Source: Ancylonema sp. (lineage: Eukaryota). From it: a stretch of DNA of 50,585 nt. Every line of letters begins with the position of its first letter. Positions within the stretch are counted from its first letter, which is position 1. The DNA is taken from assembly GCA_050230475.1 (NCBI GenBank), contig JBFLGF010000195.1:1-50585 (forward strand), in the 5' to 3' direction. The notes below the pieces were generated by a model that saw only the letters and a program-made list of their open reading frames with translations, ran no database searches and had not been told where the DNA came from. Shown here piece by piece: positions 1-13,255 of this stretch. Both the position numbers and the translations under genes were made by a program.

Positions 1-906
1 ACGGGCGCATGCGGGCGCCTCCGAGATCCCGACCGAGGTCCGGAGCCGGTCGGAACCGGGGGCGCGGCCGACGGTCCGAAAACCCCGACGCACGTCGGAA
101 TGTGGACGTCGGGGGTCCGAAAAAGGCCGCAGTCACTAAGGAATGCTCTAAAGCATTAGAGCATTATTAGATAAGGGCATCTTTTAAGGCCGTCACGCAG
201 GCCCGTCACCATGAACGAAATTGTACCAAAAACCCGCGGTTATCGAGCCGCAGTGACGCGGGGATCGACGTACAATTTAACCGTGATTCAAACCCGACAA
301 TATCTGCATATCTGTACTGGAAATCTGGTTGGGTTCACGTCGAAATGGTTACCTTTACGAAAAAGACAATTTTATGTTATGATGGTGATTAGAAAATCAC
401 TCTGTTTCATAGTACCCCTCGACCGAAACCATACACAGACGCACGAATTCGTCAGTGCCGAAAGGGCATCCAGTTAGTCAAGTCCATTCAATTTGTCAAT
501 TCGCTTCTGAAGCGGTTTTCGCAACCTCTACTGAGTTAGATGTTGGACTCAGATAGTCCAAGTATTGTCGGTCAATAATTTAATTCGTTCATTGCACATC
601 AGTTTTCGCAGTGTGTTTCGTGTTTCATTGTTTAATTCCATGCGAGAAGTTCAATCAGCACGAGCCAGCATTTATGCATCTGGGGTTGACTCGTTTGACA
701 ACAAGATTATAAGTGCCACAGCCCAGTACGGATGATGGTGCAGCATCTGTTTGCAGTATGCGTGGATAAACTGAGAAGTAGCTTGCTGCAGTTCAGAATC
801 GCGTCTGCGGGTGGCAAATTGCAGTATCCCGAGTTTGCAGATAGCGGGCATACGGGGCACATTGCCACAAACTGCTGGAGCAGATGTACCAGTTCGAATC
901 GATGTG

Positions 907-2748
907 ATGAATGAAACTCGGAGCACGATGATGGATCGACTGGGTAGGGCTTCGGCTGCTGAGGGTGCGACTCGTGCTTCTTGCGGCGCCAGTAGTAGCC
1001 ATCCTGCCGTCATCGACGCTGTCGAAATGGAAAACGTTGGGGGTAGGCCCAAACCTGACAGTCCCCGAAGCCAGAGGTCCGACTCCGCAAAACCGGCCGT
1101 GCCTTCAGCTCTAACTGGTGCCACAAGCGTGAAGGGGATGGATTGGTGGCTTTCAGGTTGCCTGTCACAATCTGCTGTTTCAGAATCCCTTGACTCTGAT
1201 TCACTGGCTTCCACTGGCAGTGAAGTGAACGGATCAAATATAACGGGGACATCAGGTATCTCCGATGAAGGCAATTTCGGTGGCTGTGTGAGGAGAGGTG
1301 GGAAATCGAGGAGGCTTTGGGGTTATGTCATCATCCTCTTCCTACCTGATGGCACCTCCCATGTCTACAACTATCCTGTTTCAGTCAGCGCCGTCCTGGA
1401 GGAATTCTCTGCAGTTTTCCCCAACCACTTTGTGTTAGAGGTGGGCGGAGATGTGGCAGGGCGACCTAGTCTCGAATCTCCTCGCCTACCTACGGTTCAC
1501 AATCTGAGTTTCACCAAGGTTTATGCACTGCATCCGAACAAGTTTCGGGAAAAGAAGCATAAACGACCAAATATGAAGGATGCATTCAAAGGTCCGGCCC
1601 CTGCCCAGCCACCTCGTGCTCAGCCGACGACCTCAGCAGTGAGTGCATCTTGCTCCTCTCATCTTGAGCACAGCTGTCATGACCACGTGCAACACAGGAG
1701 AAGACAGCCAATCATTGCCAAGATATACTCACGTGTTGGAATCCGTATGGTTAGCGCGCCACATGGATTGCCGTGATTGGTAGAGGAAGTGTATACAGAA
1801 ATCATTTTCGGAGCTACGCTGTGTCAGTTTTTGCACTCTCGAACATGTATCATGCAAGCCAAATTAAATGTGCTTATGGTCCGCATGTGCTCCATGCTCT
1901 ATGCCCACGTCCGACATTTGAGACTGCATTCAGACATGGTTTTGGTGCCGATCCTCTGTTGACTGCAGGAGGAGGAAGCGGGTGGAGAAGCTCCGGATGG
2001 GAGTGAGAGCGCAGGGGTAGGGAGTGGCAAAGGGGATGGGAGAACGCCCACCGAGAATGGCATGGCAAGGGCTGTTATTTATCAAGGAGTCGATATCAGG
2101 CGTGCAATTGATGTTGGAGTGGGGCCTGATGTCGTCCACACAAACGACGTACATGCTGCTGATGTAAGGGTGGAGGAGGGGGAGGGTTCAGAGAAACAAC
2201 TGGAGTCTGGGGGTTGGTTCATGAGCAGACCGGGGGGTTGCAGTGGGAGTGGAGTACAGGTGGCAGATGGTAGTTCGGAATTGGTTGAGTCAGAGACCTC
2301 GATAGAGCGAACCCCATGGGGTGCAAGGAGCGCATTGGGGCCGTCCATACAATTGATGCAAAGTTCGTTATCTGGAAGCTTCCAGGCAGCAGATGGAGGA
2401 GATCTGGGGGTAACGAGCGGTCCAGCCCTGTTCCAGCTGGCAGGGGTGGTAAGGGTGAAGTCCAATCAGGTGGTGGATTTAAGCCAGGTGGTGATCGAAT
2501 TAGATGTGCACAGCTTGGAGGGGGGAAGTGGGAAGGGAATGATCTCGAAATGGAAACCAGGTCTACGGCCAATCAAAGAGTCGAGATCATGGAATCCTCA
2601 TAATTCTAAGAATTCTCGGATTCTTACTCCGTGGTATATACGAAAAGTGGATCGGAGCGGTGAAACCGCAAAGACGAGGCTGCTGAAGTCTAGGTTGAAA
2701 GGAAAGGTTGCGGAAGTACAAGCGGAGGCAAAACTGATAGACGCTTGA
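907..2748 (+). CDS. PADRE/DUF4228-like protein, 2 exons (907-1638, 1969-2748); start codon uncertain
   Basis: Phase-0 intron GCA|GTGAGT (1639) to TGCAG|GAG (1968) joins ORF 811-1776 to ORF 2062-2748 in frame. Domain-like segment LFLPDGTSHVYNYPVSVSAVL...FPNHFV...LSFTKVYALHP and C-terminal WKPGLRPIKE resemble the DUF4228 core and its W(K/R)PxLxxIxE tail. First in-frame ATG is 907. Confidence 0.6.
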
Positions 2749-3738
2749 TAATGTTGGGTTAGGTTTTATACCAATTGATTAAAAAACAATTTTGTGTTTA
2801 AAAGAATGGAAACACTTTATTTATGTTGACCATTATCGCTTGTATTGTCCCGTATGGGCTGCGGCATAAGCACCAAGAAACATTTTATATGTTGATGTCG
2901 TCTCCTTGAACGCATACGCTATGTATATGGTTCAGTGACGATCAATTTATATGAGGTTGATGATTGCACCCTTTGTGAGCTACCACTCCAAGTGAATTTT
3001 ACAATATGCGATCTAGAAAATATATGCACATTATTTGTTGCAAAAATTGTGGCAATGGACTATGGTGTGTTAGTTCTATAGTGAGGTTTTCAAGCATTAT
3101 GTTTGCAGCACTCAAGCTTTCTTCTCAGATTTCTTCTCTGCTGTTGTGGGTGTTTATATATACGACATCAGTGTCACCTCTCACACGACCTCGGCCTCAA
3201 TTTAGGTGGAGGTGACCCTTAGACGAGGGTAAGTGTATGCAAGTCTGCGGAAGAGAACTAATTGCTCACCAAGTTCGGCATAGAAGGTCGGTGCAATTTT
3301 GTACAACATATTCCAGGTCACATTTTCGTGAGACACCATTTCGATCACATTCCTGATATGAGGTCCACTCACATGTGGTGTATTTTTTGGTGTTGCCAGC
3401 TATGCACCCAGGTTCGCTATAACACGACTTGGCACTAGCACACCAAGAAATACCACCCATATACTTGACAGGCCAACACGAAAATGAACCGAAAACTACT
3501 TTCACACACTTCCAAATTTAAGACCCTTACAAGCCACACATCTATAAAGCCTTACCTTGCTTCGAATTCCACGAAGCCGAAAACTAAGGCTTGTACCTTT
3601 CACTCATTCGTCCGAAGTCTAGTAACAGTCCTTTTTATGACACAAGGCCATCACACATCACACAGCTTGAAACTAACAAAACAAGTCAAGCAGTGCATTC
3701 ACTGATTTGGCAGGGTACCCTTTTTTCAAAGCATGTAG

Positions 3739-6700
3739 CTACTCCTCCACCTTCCTCTCATCAACATCATCATCGCCACTAACATCCCTAGGAGGAGGGA
3801 CGTCATCATCGTCTCCATCATCCCTACGTACTGGAGCCTCCTCATCCTCGTCACGCTGCTTTCGATCCCCGTCGCGTTCCGGCACGTCTGGCTCCTCCTC
3901 ATCCTCCCTCTTCCTTGGCGGCAACTCATCATCTTCATCCCCACGAGGCGGAAGATCATCGACATCACGCCTACGAGGAGGTTCCTCATCATCCCGTCGC
4001 AGAGGACGCTCCTTATCATCATCCCGTCGCGGACGACGCTCCTCGTCATCATCCCGTCGTGGGGGACGCTCCTCGTCATCATCCCGTCGTGGGGGACGCT
4101 CCTCGTCATCATCCCGTCGCGGACGGCGCTCTTCGTCATCATCTCGTCGCGGACGACGCTCCTCGTCATCATCCCGTCGCGGACGGCGCTCCTCGTCAAC
4201 ATCTCGGCGCGGTGATCGATCTTCGCGGCGTCGAGAAGGGCGCTCCTCCTCTCCCTCGGGACTTCGACGGCGCTTGGCAGGGCTGCAACACTCACCAAAA
4301 AATGGTACCATGAGTACCTATACATATACGTACAGAGGTATAGGTATATAGGTACGTAGGTATGTAGGAATATAGATATATAAGTATAGAGTTATATAGG
4401 TATGTAGGTATTTAGGAATATGGGTATATAAGTATGTAGGTATGTAGGTATGTAGGTATATGGGAATATTGGTATTCATTTCTATGGATATAAAAGTCCA
4501 TGGGTATTCTCATGGACATCGGAATACAGATATGTGGGTGTAGAGGTAGATGGACACATAATTCTAGAGCTGTACACACGTGCGTGGATACGTGTACGAA
4601 GTAGATTCCTAAAACCCCACCACCACAAGAGAAACACAAGTGGGGGGGACCGGATCCTCAGTCCCATCCCAACATGCCAATACGCCTAACCCCCAAGAAG
4701 GAGCTGGGTCTTCCACACACTCTTCATCCTCATCCCCCCCCTTCTCTATCTCTCACCACCAGCCCCCTGCCCACCTGAGCGAGCGGCTCCTGCTGCGGCT
4801 TGCGCTCCGTGAGTAGCTCTTCCTACGGGGGCTGCGGGAGGACGACCGCCCACCTCGGGCGCGCTCTCGCTCGCGTTCCCTCAGGTACCTGGAGCACCCG
4901 TGACACCTCACTCAGGGCTGCTGCCCTGCTCTGCCATCCATTCCATGCCCACCCTACAACCAGAGCAGAACCGTATTCGTTTTGGGCATCAGAATAGCTT
5001 CAGCAGGGACTCACTCAGGGCGGGGACTGTAGCGGCAGCTCCGCTCGATGTGGCCGTTCCTCCCGCACCGGTAGCACTTGTCTCGCCAGTCCCCAGCCTT
5101 GCAGTCGCGGGCCCAGTGCCCATCCTTGCCACAGTTGTAGCAGCGACCGCTGCCAGGTGCAGGGCCTCGACTGCCATACTCTCGACTCCCCCCCCCTCCT
5201 CCTCCTCCTGCATCTCTTCCCCCCCCTCCTCCAGGGGCACGCGACTGCCACAGTCCTCAGACAGCCACTGCTAAAGCCTTGTGAGGTCGGATTCGTCGCA
5301 TATCAACCGCTATAGGATGCACTCTAAACTACATCATTCACCCAGAAGTCGCGTGGCATAGCTTCTCTGGGAAGCTCTACCGCTGTGAGCCAGATAATGA
5401 TTGCCCAATTCTAAATGATGTCCTCTACACTGCTATTGCAGCGCCTTGCATGTCCCCCTTGCCTTCCTCACCCAACTTGAGCAAGATGTGAAATGAAGAA
5501 AATTGGTGAACTAAAAGGTGATGGAGGTTGACTGCTTCTGAAACGTTGCGACCAATCTCGCCGCTCAAAAAGCCGTAAGCGATACCATCTTCTATTGCGC
5601 TCTGTAACACTCCTTCCCACCACGGGGAACATACATTCTCAACATTCTCGGTGGACTGTCAAAAGATGCGACAAAAAATGCATCCTGATCACAACTTGAC
5701 TTCTCACCCTGAGAGGTCGGGCAAACTCCACAGCAATGCGCGCTCCGTCAAATTTTACTCCATCCAGATGATAGACCGCATCCTCAGCATCCCGGTTGTC
5801 ACTGTATTCCTGTCAAACCATGGAGCATTGACCAAAAGTATTAAGACATTCGATTTGATAGTATCAGGTTCAATTGCTGACAAGGCTGACATTCGACAAA
5901 GTACAATTCGACGGGCATCCACACGACCACTGACGCCTCAATCTCCAGACACCACTCACGACTGTGTCTTCACAAACCGCATGCTGCAGGCAAGCAGTCG
6001 GACCATTCGAACAAGATGCAGACTCTCAAAAGTTCTAAATTCGTCCATTCCTGTGAGGACAAGGGAGGGTCGAGGGACGTACAACGAAAGCGAAGTCGTG
6101 CTTGACATCCACATCTCGAACTCTGCATTCGTACGACAAAAAAGGTCGCAACAGGCCCACCAATCACTATGCTGTGTCAGTAACGCGCTCCATCGAAGCC
6201 TTTGAATGGCTACCGGTGCAGTACATCCAACTTTCTCGGGCATCAAGACCTGGAGTGGGCAGGAGACCTCTAGGAGTCTCCAGGAGTTCGCAGTTGAGGC
6301 AGCAGCACAGGCAGGATGATTGCAAAATGGCTATGCGGCGTCTTCTAGAGACCCACCAAAGGCACCAAGACCACCAGCGACTCAGGCCACCACCGTACAG
6401 GCCATCCCTCTCCTCGGAAGGTATGCTTTCACCAACCTTCAACAACATGGTATATCATGCAGCAATCTCTTAGATGAAACTTCTTAATCACAGTGAGCTG
6501 GAAATCACTTACAGCCTAAGAACCTCCCAGGCACTTCTGCAAATTGCGATCAGGCCCCCTTAGACCAGAAATGCAAAAATGTAGGAGCCAAAGCGGAGAC
6601 CGAATCCCGTTAACGAGAATCCGGTGACGGGTAATCTCATCTTTAATCGCAGCGACCTCGTTGCAAGTGAATGAATAAGCGACACTGACCTTCCGTATTT

Positions 6701-6793
6701 GGCGAACAAGTCCTCCAAGTCACCAGCTCGTGTACGTGATGAGATGCGTCCAATATACAGCCTGGTAGGCCCGCCTGAATCGTGTCTCGACAT
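3739..6793 (-). CDS. RS2Z: RS2Z-subfamily SR splicing factor (RRM + two CCHC zinc knuckles + RS then RD/RE tail); exons 6793-6690, 6122-6083, 5809-5708, 5244-5015, 4888-4775, 4282-3739
   Basis: Spliced translation [22 protein letters not shown]...[31 protein letters not shown]...[37 protein letters not shown]. All introns are GT-AG with consistent phases. Probable 5'UTR intron at 6794-6999. Confidence 0.93.
3991..4200 (-). repeat. Coding 30-nt tandem repeat, ~7 copies, encoding ([10 protein letters not shown])n
   Basis: Unit atcccgtcgcggacgacgctcctcgtcatc recurs every 30 nt from 3991. Confidence 0.95.
4318..4470. repeat. Degenerate intronic simple repeat (TATGTAGG/TATA-rich) in last RS2Z intron
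   Basis: Repeated tatgtagg/taggtata units. Confidence 0.8.
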
Positions 6794-9581
6794 CTGCCAA
6801 AAAAACAGCGTAAAAGGCATAGGTGAAACAAAGTCACCAAAAAAATCAAAAACCAAATTCTCTACGTAATTTAAGACGAGAATGCAACAATATATCTGCA
6901 CCACACATGTTCCTTCTCACTAAATACAAATATCTAGAAAAATCCTCTGAGCATCGTGTTTGGCAGTCCACCACACCAGGCAGACTGTAGGGGGATTACC
7001 TTGAAGCCGCTAGCTGCGACTTCTCCACAACACTCCACTCCTCTGACCCCGCTAGTCAGCAACTGGCGTACTGCAGTGGAGAGTAAACCCAAGATGCACA
7101 GACAGCCTTATTTTCGCTCCAACTGACGTGCCATGGGCGATCTGTTCGAGTCGTTTCCGTATCACCTGTCCAATCACCCGTACCTGTCACACGAAGGTGG
7201 AGGTGCAGGAATCACCAAAAACATGCGAGCTGCGGCTGGTGCGGCTGGTGCGGTGCGAACGAAGCACCGGCAGCACGTTTAGCCGATCTCCGGATCCGTG
7301 ATATCGTCATTGTTACTTGTGTTGTCCGCCATATTCGTCCGGCACAATCAAACATGATTTTAGCTAATCAAACAGGTTAGCAACTCGCGGGAACGAGGGA
7401 CACATCAACATATTCCACCGAAATGTGATTCACATCGCATTTCATTTTCATCACATGTGATCTTACAAACACCGAACAGCAATGCCATGAAAAGTAAAGC
7501 AGGACATCGTGTAGTCACATAATGTGTAAGGGAATTAATTAGACGTGAATGTCTCGCCTATCTACACCACAATGATCATGCATAACTAAATAAAACAACT
7601 TTTTACCCCACATCACTCCGGCACCATAATTCAATAAAAAAATCATCTACGAGCCCGCGAGCCCCATCACATATGCATGATTGAAACAAACGGAAAATCA
7701 GCGAGCGCGGTCGCGAAACTCAACCCGCACGATAATAAATCATAGCATGAATACCGATCACTTTCGCTATATAGAACAAGGCTGAAAACTAAAGCACATT
7801 TAGTTTACATACCGGATAACCGAATTCTAACAATCCTGGATTGTTTGAACTTGATTCGAGCTCATCCAAAATCTGCAATGTAATATTTTTTCAATAAATC
7901 GAGCAATCTCCTTTTTTTTAGTGACGCCAGTCTCATTGACTACAGCCCTGAAACCAAAATAATATTTGATCGTTTTTCCGTGCGCGTCTTCATGGTATGT
8001 TGGACGACATTTTGTGCGACCACCACATCGCAATTTGCGTTCGGAGGTTGTTGGTTGGTCAAACAGTTTATCTCTTTCCTGAATGTGGACCATGTACGAC
8101 TTGATGAGCTTGTCATCGGTTTCCGCATCGTAATCGAACGTGGCGTGCTAAGTAACTTATACTGCGGGCTGCGGGCTTTGACAGCGTAGAACAAGTTTTG
8201 TTAGCGGCGCAGTAATCTTCCTCCAATCCGACCTGAATTGCGCACGAATCTCAGAGTATTCGAGCCCCATCAATGCCAGTGCTTGTACTTGTGCTCGAAG
8301 AAGGTGCCATTATCCCCATGTGATCTCCAAATGCCATGGCCGCGAGAGAAGTACGTGTATGGATCACAAAAAGTCTACGTGCGCCGAGGGTAATTGAGAT
8401 ACAACTCATCCGTTTTTTCTGTGAATTTCAGGAGAGGAAGTTTTCTCTAACATACATAGACCACAATTGTTCGGACTAGCCGGATATGGATTTTAGACCT
8501 CGCGCTCGACCTGGAGACAGCGGCCTACGCGGTCTAAAACACGGTCTCTCATGGATTTCATTTTACTGAGTAGATTTGGAACCAATAAATCACTGATTTT
8601 GACAGAGGGCGCGGGATTTTAACTCCACCTGTACTACTGTAGGATTACATTATACCACTACGCCAGTGATTGCCGAGCACATAAGAAAAGCTCTGGGATA
8701 TATGCCTCTTTATTTTATTGAAAACATGAACAAAAATAACTGGGGAACAACCCTAAACACTGGGTTTGACCTGGTCAAAATCGGATATCGAAAATTAGTG
8801 CTGGGTCTAAAGGTCTGCGGTTTATGAAACGGTTTTTGGTCTGTGCAACTATAACAGGGACTCATCCACTCTTGTGCAAATATACTAAACATTCGTATTC
8901 ACACAATAAAGCATGGCTACATCATTTATTACAAAAAAACTTTCCACACTACTCTGTAATCACAAACGACGAGGGCTGTGCACTGTTAGATCCAGTAAAT
9001 CGTGTCTTGTCACCCGTGTATAAAATATAGGGCTTTTTAATATGTGATATGACAAGATCTCCTCCGATTGATTACATTGACATCAATGGCACATAGATTG
9101 GCAATGTGTGATGTGTACTTATCTAAAGGCATAACATATTTTACACCTACCATTCTGGCTATTCGCAGAAACACTTCTGTTGCTTACACCATTCACTACA
9201 GTCACGGCATGCAGAAGGTGGGATGTTTTATAAATTGGTTGGTCCCTGGTGCATCTACTGTTGGGACAAGCAAACCCTTTTTCGCTAACACAGCTGCAGA
9301 CAATACCAACACATCTGTTGCACACAAGGTCTTGTTTTGGTCCACTACCAGTCAGGAAGTCCAGGTGATCACCTTTTCCAAACAAAGGCGATGCTTCCAC
9401 CTGTTTGTTCGACACAATCTATCACTGTGGGTAAATTTCGGAATTTAAATTTGTTTGAAGGCTTTACAATACATCATGTCCACAACAATCGAGTTTCTAC
9501 ACTTCCTGGCTGCAGTACATAGTGTTAATCAGCAGGACCTCCCCCCCCCCGCCCTTTATAAGACACCACAATTCCCCGAAT

Positions 9582-10641
9582 CTACTCCTCTTCCTCCTCC
9601 TCCTCATCCGCATCACCGCCTGATGCCTTCTTTGAGGAAGCCTTGGCGTTCTTCCTCTTCACCCTTCCAGGGGGGCCTCCTCCGAACGGACTCGAGATGG
9701 CGAAATCAATGTGCTTCTGGCTATCAAGTCGAACCAGGAAGGACGCCACATTCACGATTTGCTTTCCAACTCTGCAAACCACTCCCCAAAAAAGTCTACT
9801 AAGCCCACGAGATCATATCCTCCGGTGAACGTAGACAGGCAAGGTCGACGGCCCTTTCCACACGTGTGGTGTATGGCAGTAGACGCACCCCCTCCTCCAC
9901 ACGGCCGAAGACCTAGATTCTTTCATTCTGGTGGCTTCCAGCCCGGAAATACCTAAGCTACCGCGAATTGTCATCTGAGACTTTGGCAGGAATGATGGGC
10001 GAAGGAGGTACAAACGGAGGGGTAGCGAGGCACCCTCCACCCGTACTCGCTAAAAACTTAAACCAGTCCAACCCAATGTCCTTCTACCAGCTTTATACTA
10101 AAGCCTCATAGACTCAGCCCTCCTGCGATTTCTTGCATTGAGTTGTTGTGTGATGGAAGATCTTACCGAATGTGACGTTGCTTGATCAGCACACGAGCGT
10201 GATGAATGGACTTAGCAAGCCCTGTTTTGAACACCAGTGTCTGAAGTCTCCTCTCCAGAAAGTTTTCCACTGACAGGGCAAGCACAAAATCGAGCTTGTT
10301 CTGGTTCTCATCCAGCAGGCCGTATCTGTTCATGCGGCGTAGAAGCGCCTCCCCTTCAAAGATTCGCCGTGTACTTTTCTCGTCCATCGTGAGTAGCTCC
10401 CTGGCATTGTTGCGAATCCTAGAGAGGGCATACTGCACACGCCAAAGCTCCCGCTTCGACCGAAGTCCGTACTCCCCAACGAGCTTCAGCTCAGCATCCA
10501 GGCGCTCCTTCTCGAAAGGACGTCGGGGTTTCTTAAATGTCTTCCCATCTGCGCGAAAAAATCCAGTCAGCAATACAGCAGACTAAGTCGTCTCTTTCTA
10601 CAGCAACACTTACAATTGCGGTATACGGCAGTGTGCACCAT
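9582..10641 (-). CDS. RPS9: 40S ribosomal protein S9 (uS4); exons 10641-10614, 10548-10167, 9771-9582
   Basis: [39 protein letters not shown]...[40 protein letters not shown]...[12 protein letters not shown]. Canonical GT-AG introns. Confidence 0.97.
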
Positions 10642-10710
10642 GATTGCCGCCCGACTCGCCTCGCCTGGGCTTCAACCGAGGGGTGGAGGTCGGAAAAGGA
10701 TTTTCTTGAT

Positions 10711-11339
10711 AACTTCCTGGGCTATGTTTTCTCGCACTGAAGAGGGAAGAGGTTTAGGGGTTGCCTTCTTGTCTCTATCGCCGTCCATCCAGACCAAAGT
10801 TGACCGCACCGCGCCGTCGATCTAATGTCCTCCAATTTCTACCGGTTTCCACTGTTGAACTGCGTCCGTGGGATGGGTTCGCCCGCACTGTGTGGCCAGC
10901 CTGTTTCTCAGCCGCGGATCAAAATCGGGTGGACCAGTATTGACTTTTCCAACGTGCACATATGCACGTATCGTACCGATTAAATCAGAGAAACCGAACG
11001 ACGGAAGTGAATAGGAAACACACATTTATGAGTATTATTACATAATTTATGCTACTTAATCCCCTATCCACAAAAAAACATATTATTCTATAAACAACCC
11101 CGCACCCCTATCCCCCTCCCGCCAATAATGTTTTTCATCCCCCACCCCTGCTACGAGTCCTTGGTAGCCTATAAATCACCCCCCAGATTCCCACACCTAT
11201 AATCTAGCCTTGTGGGAGGGGTGATAAATACTATAGATGCAGGGGTGAGAATTCAGTTTAAATTATGTATGTATGTCTAATATTTAAGGGCAAACAAATG
11301 GCGCATGCTCGTATGAGCAGAATGCGTTGTCAACAAGGG
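10711..11339 (+). repeat. 629-bp direct duplication, copy 1 (RPS9 upstream/5'UTR region)
   Basis: Matches 13256-13884 at a constant offset of 2545; one substitution seen (accggtttcc vs accggtgtcc). Confidence 0.95.
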
Positions 11340-11702
11340 CGGTAGATCAATTGAGAAAAACGGCTTGCTTTGTGCAGTGATGGATTTCGGAGGCTTAGGT
11401 AGAGATCCGAACCAAATCAACCTCAACATAAGAATAAAAGAGAATTGTATGTTATTGAAAAATGAAGGGAACCCCATCTCATTACAAGAACGTGCATCAT
11501 AAGGGTATCGTGACTCAGTAAGGGTATGGTAAACCATGAAAACGTGTGAAAACTATTAAAACATATGGATTTTGCATTGGGAATGGTTTGAACAACGAAC
11601 GGTGACGACTACCCCAAAAAAAAGATGTACTTGTGTTTTGAACCGATTGCTTGCCGAGCAAAGAATCGAGGTACCTTCAATCCACCCGTTGGTCAACCAT
11701 GT

Positions 11703-12842
11703 TGTCAGACCGGAATCGATCGTGTGCCTGTATGATAATATATAGAGGAAAACAAGCAATGGTGCCTAAACGATAAATGTGCCTATACAAAGGATAATAC
11801 TTGTACAACGAACAACTACGTTACGAAAAGGATTACGGTATGCACTCGCGGGGGTACGTAATCTTACGTCTCTATTTGGCACGTGCCCGGTCAAGTATTA
11901 TTGAGTCAAGTTTCGATTGTCTAACTAAGGACTTAGTTATGAACCAAACGATATAAGCGCTTCGCCTTTTTACAGCATTACATGCCTACACTGGCGACAG
12001 AGCTGTCAGACTGGACGGTACTGTCCAGCTGTAGATACACATCCTTCCTATACAATGTGCCGTAAAGTAGACACCCACGTTTAAGAATAGGGTGTCTAAT
12101 CATACCTACTTACAGTAGAGACAAAACACTTGTAGATGCACTTTACTTATTATATGTGTAGCGCTCCTTGGCGGACGCCAGCAATGCAGTAGAATGATCA
12201 GATCAGTCTTGCGATAGCCATGCATTGTACCTAGTTGCAATATTGATGGACATAACGTAGACATCAGAATACTTGGCTAGGAATGCATCAGCCTAGATGT
12301 CGGTGTAGCCGCCTAGCGGCATCGCAGAGAAGATGATGATCGGACAAGAGCATAGTAAAAACGCTATATAGACAGTACAAATTGTACTCGGACCTTAGTA
12401 GGTCTTTGTACGCCTCGGGAACCGCTGCTGAAATGATTACCCAAATCTGTGAGTAATTCGTATGTGAGTTCGGCTGGCTTTCAGCCTATGTGAATTCTAC
12501 TCTTAAGCATTTATATTTGAGGATCGATCGATCAAATATTATACCTTTACACACTTTGCAAGCATCGGACACTTTACGTCCAGACCGAAGGCAAAGCCTT
12601 GCCATAGGTAAACTAGAAAATAATATTTGCCACGTTGTAAACGCATATGAGATGCTTGCAAGTGATGTATGCTATCGCGCACGTGTGTGTGTTGGACCAA
12701 TGCTAGGTCGCGTCTCTATGTGGGTACATCCATTACAAGGGATTCACATAGAATTCGCACGTGTGAATTCAAATTACGACAAAGCTCGTTATAAATCCTT
12801 AATCGCACGTGAGAACATCACACGATGGAATATAGCACGACA
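11703..12842 (+). mobile_element. Solo LTR, family A copy 1 (1140 bp, TGTCA...CGACA, 4-bp TSD ATGT)
   Basis: TG...CA ends, ATGT at 11699-11702 and 12843-12846. Shares blocks (cctcgggaaccgctg; acactttacgt.cagacc; ccttgccataggt..actagaaaataa; gcacgaca) with 20222-21438. Confidence 0.75.
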
Positions 12843-13255
12843 ATGTACACCATCGTATGATTATGTGATCAAGTAAGGCTACTAACATCACAAAGGTGTC
12901 TAGATAAACTTTAATAAGCAATCTAAAGAATAAATACGCGATTTAGATTATATGGTGAGCGCCAAACGATTCGGGCATGGGTGACTTGCAATCCCCGCAA
13001 GTCTTCGCAAACACGTGGTCAGCCATAGATTGAGAGGCAAATGAAGCTACGAAGAGACCGGTGGACGGGCGGACAGTGTGTCTGCAAGCCGAAGTATTCG
13101 GTGCCTGGCATGAGTTCTACCCTTCATAGCATCAATTGCTCGCGTGCCTGGGATGACAAAAAACCTTTTTGTTGCCAGATTTTAAGCCTTCACTTTTTGT
13201 ATCTAAGCCTGACATGAATCATTTGTTACTCCTAATAACCCTTAGTAACCCTTAN

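Noticed and set aside
1..470. GC-rich segment with GTCAC/GTGAC and GGTCCGAAAA motifs, resembling a DNA transposon end
   Set aside because: The other end is outside the window; no TIR or TSD can be verified.
3707..4351. 214-aa Ser/Arg-rich ORF on + strand as a separate gene
   Set aside because: Antisense shadow of the repetitive RS2Z last exon; non-ATG start and no independent gene structure.
7827..9448. Short ORFs between RS2Z and RPS9; possible snoRNAs near RPS9
   Set aside because: No recognisable protein motifs, and no convincing C/D or H/ACA box pair with terminal stem seen.
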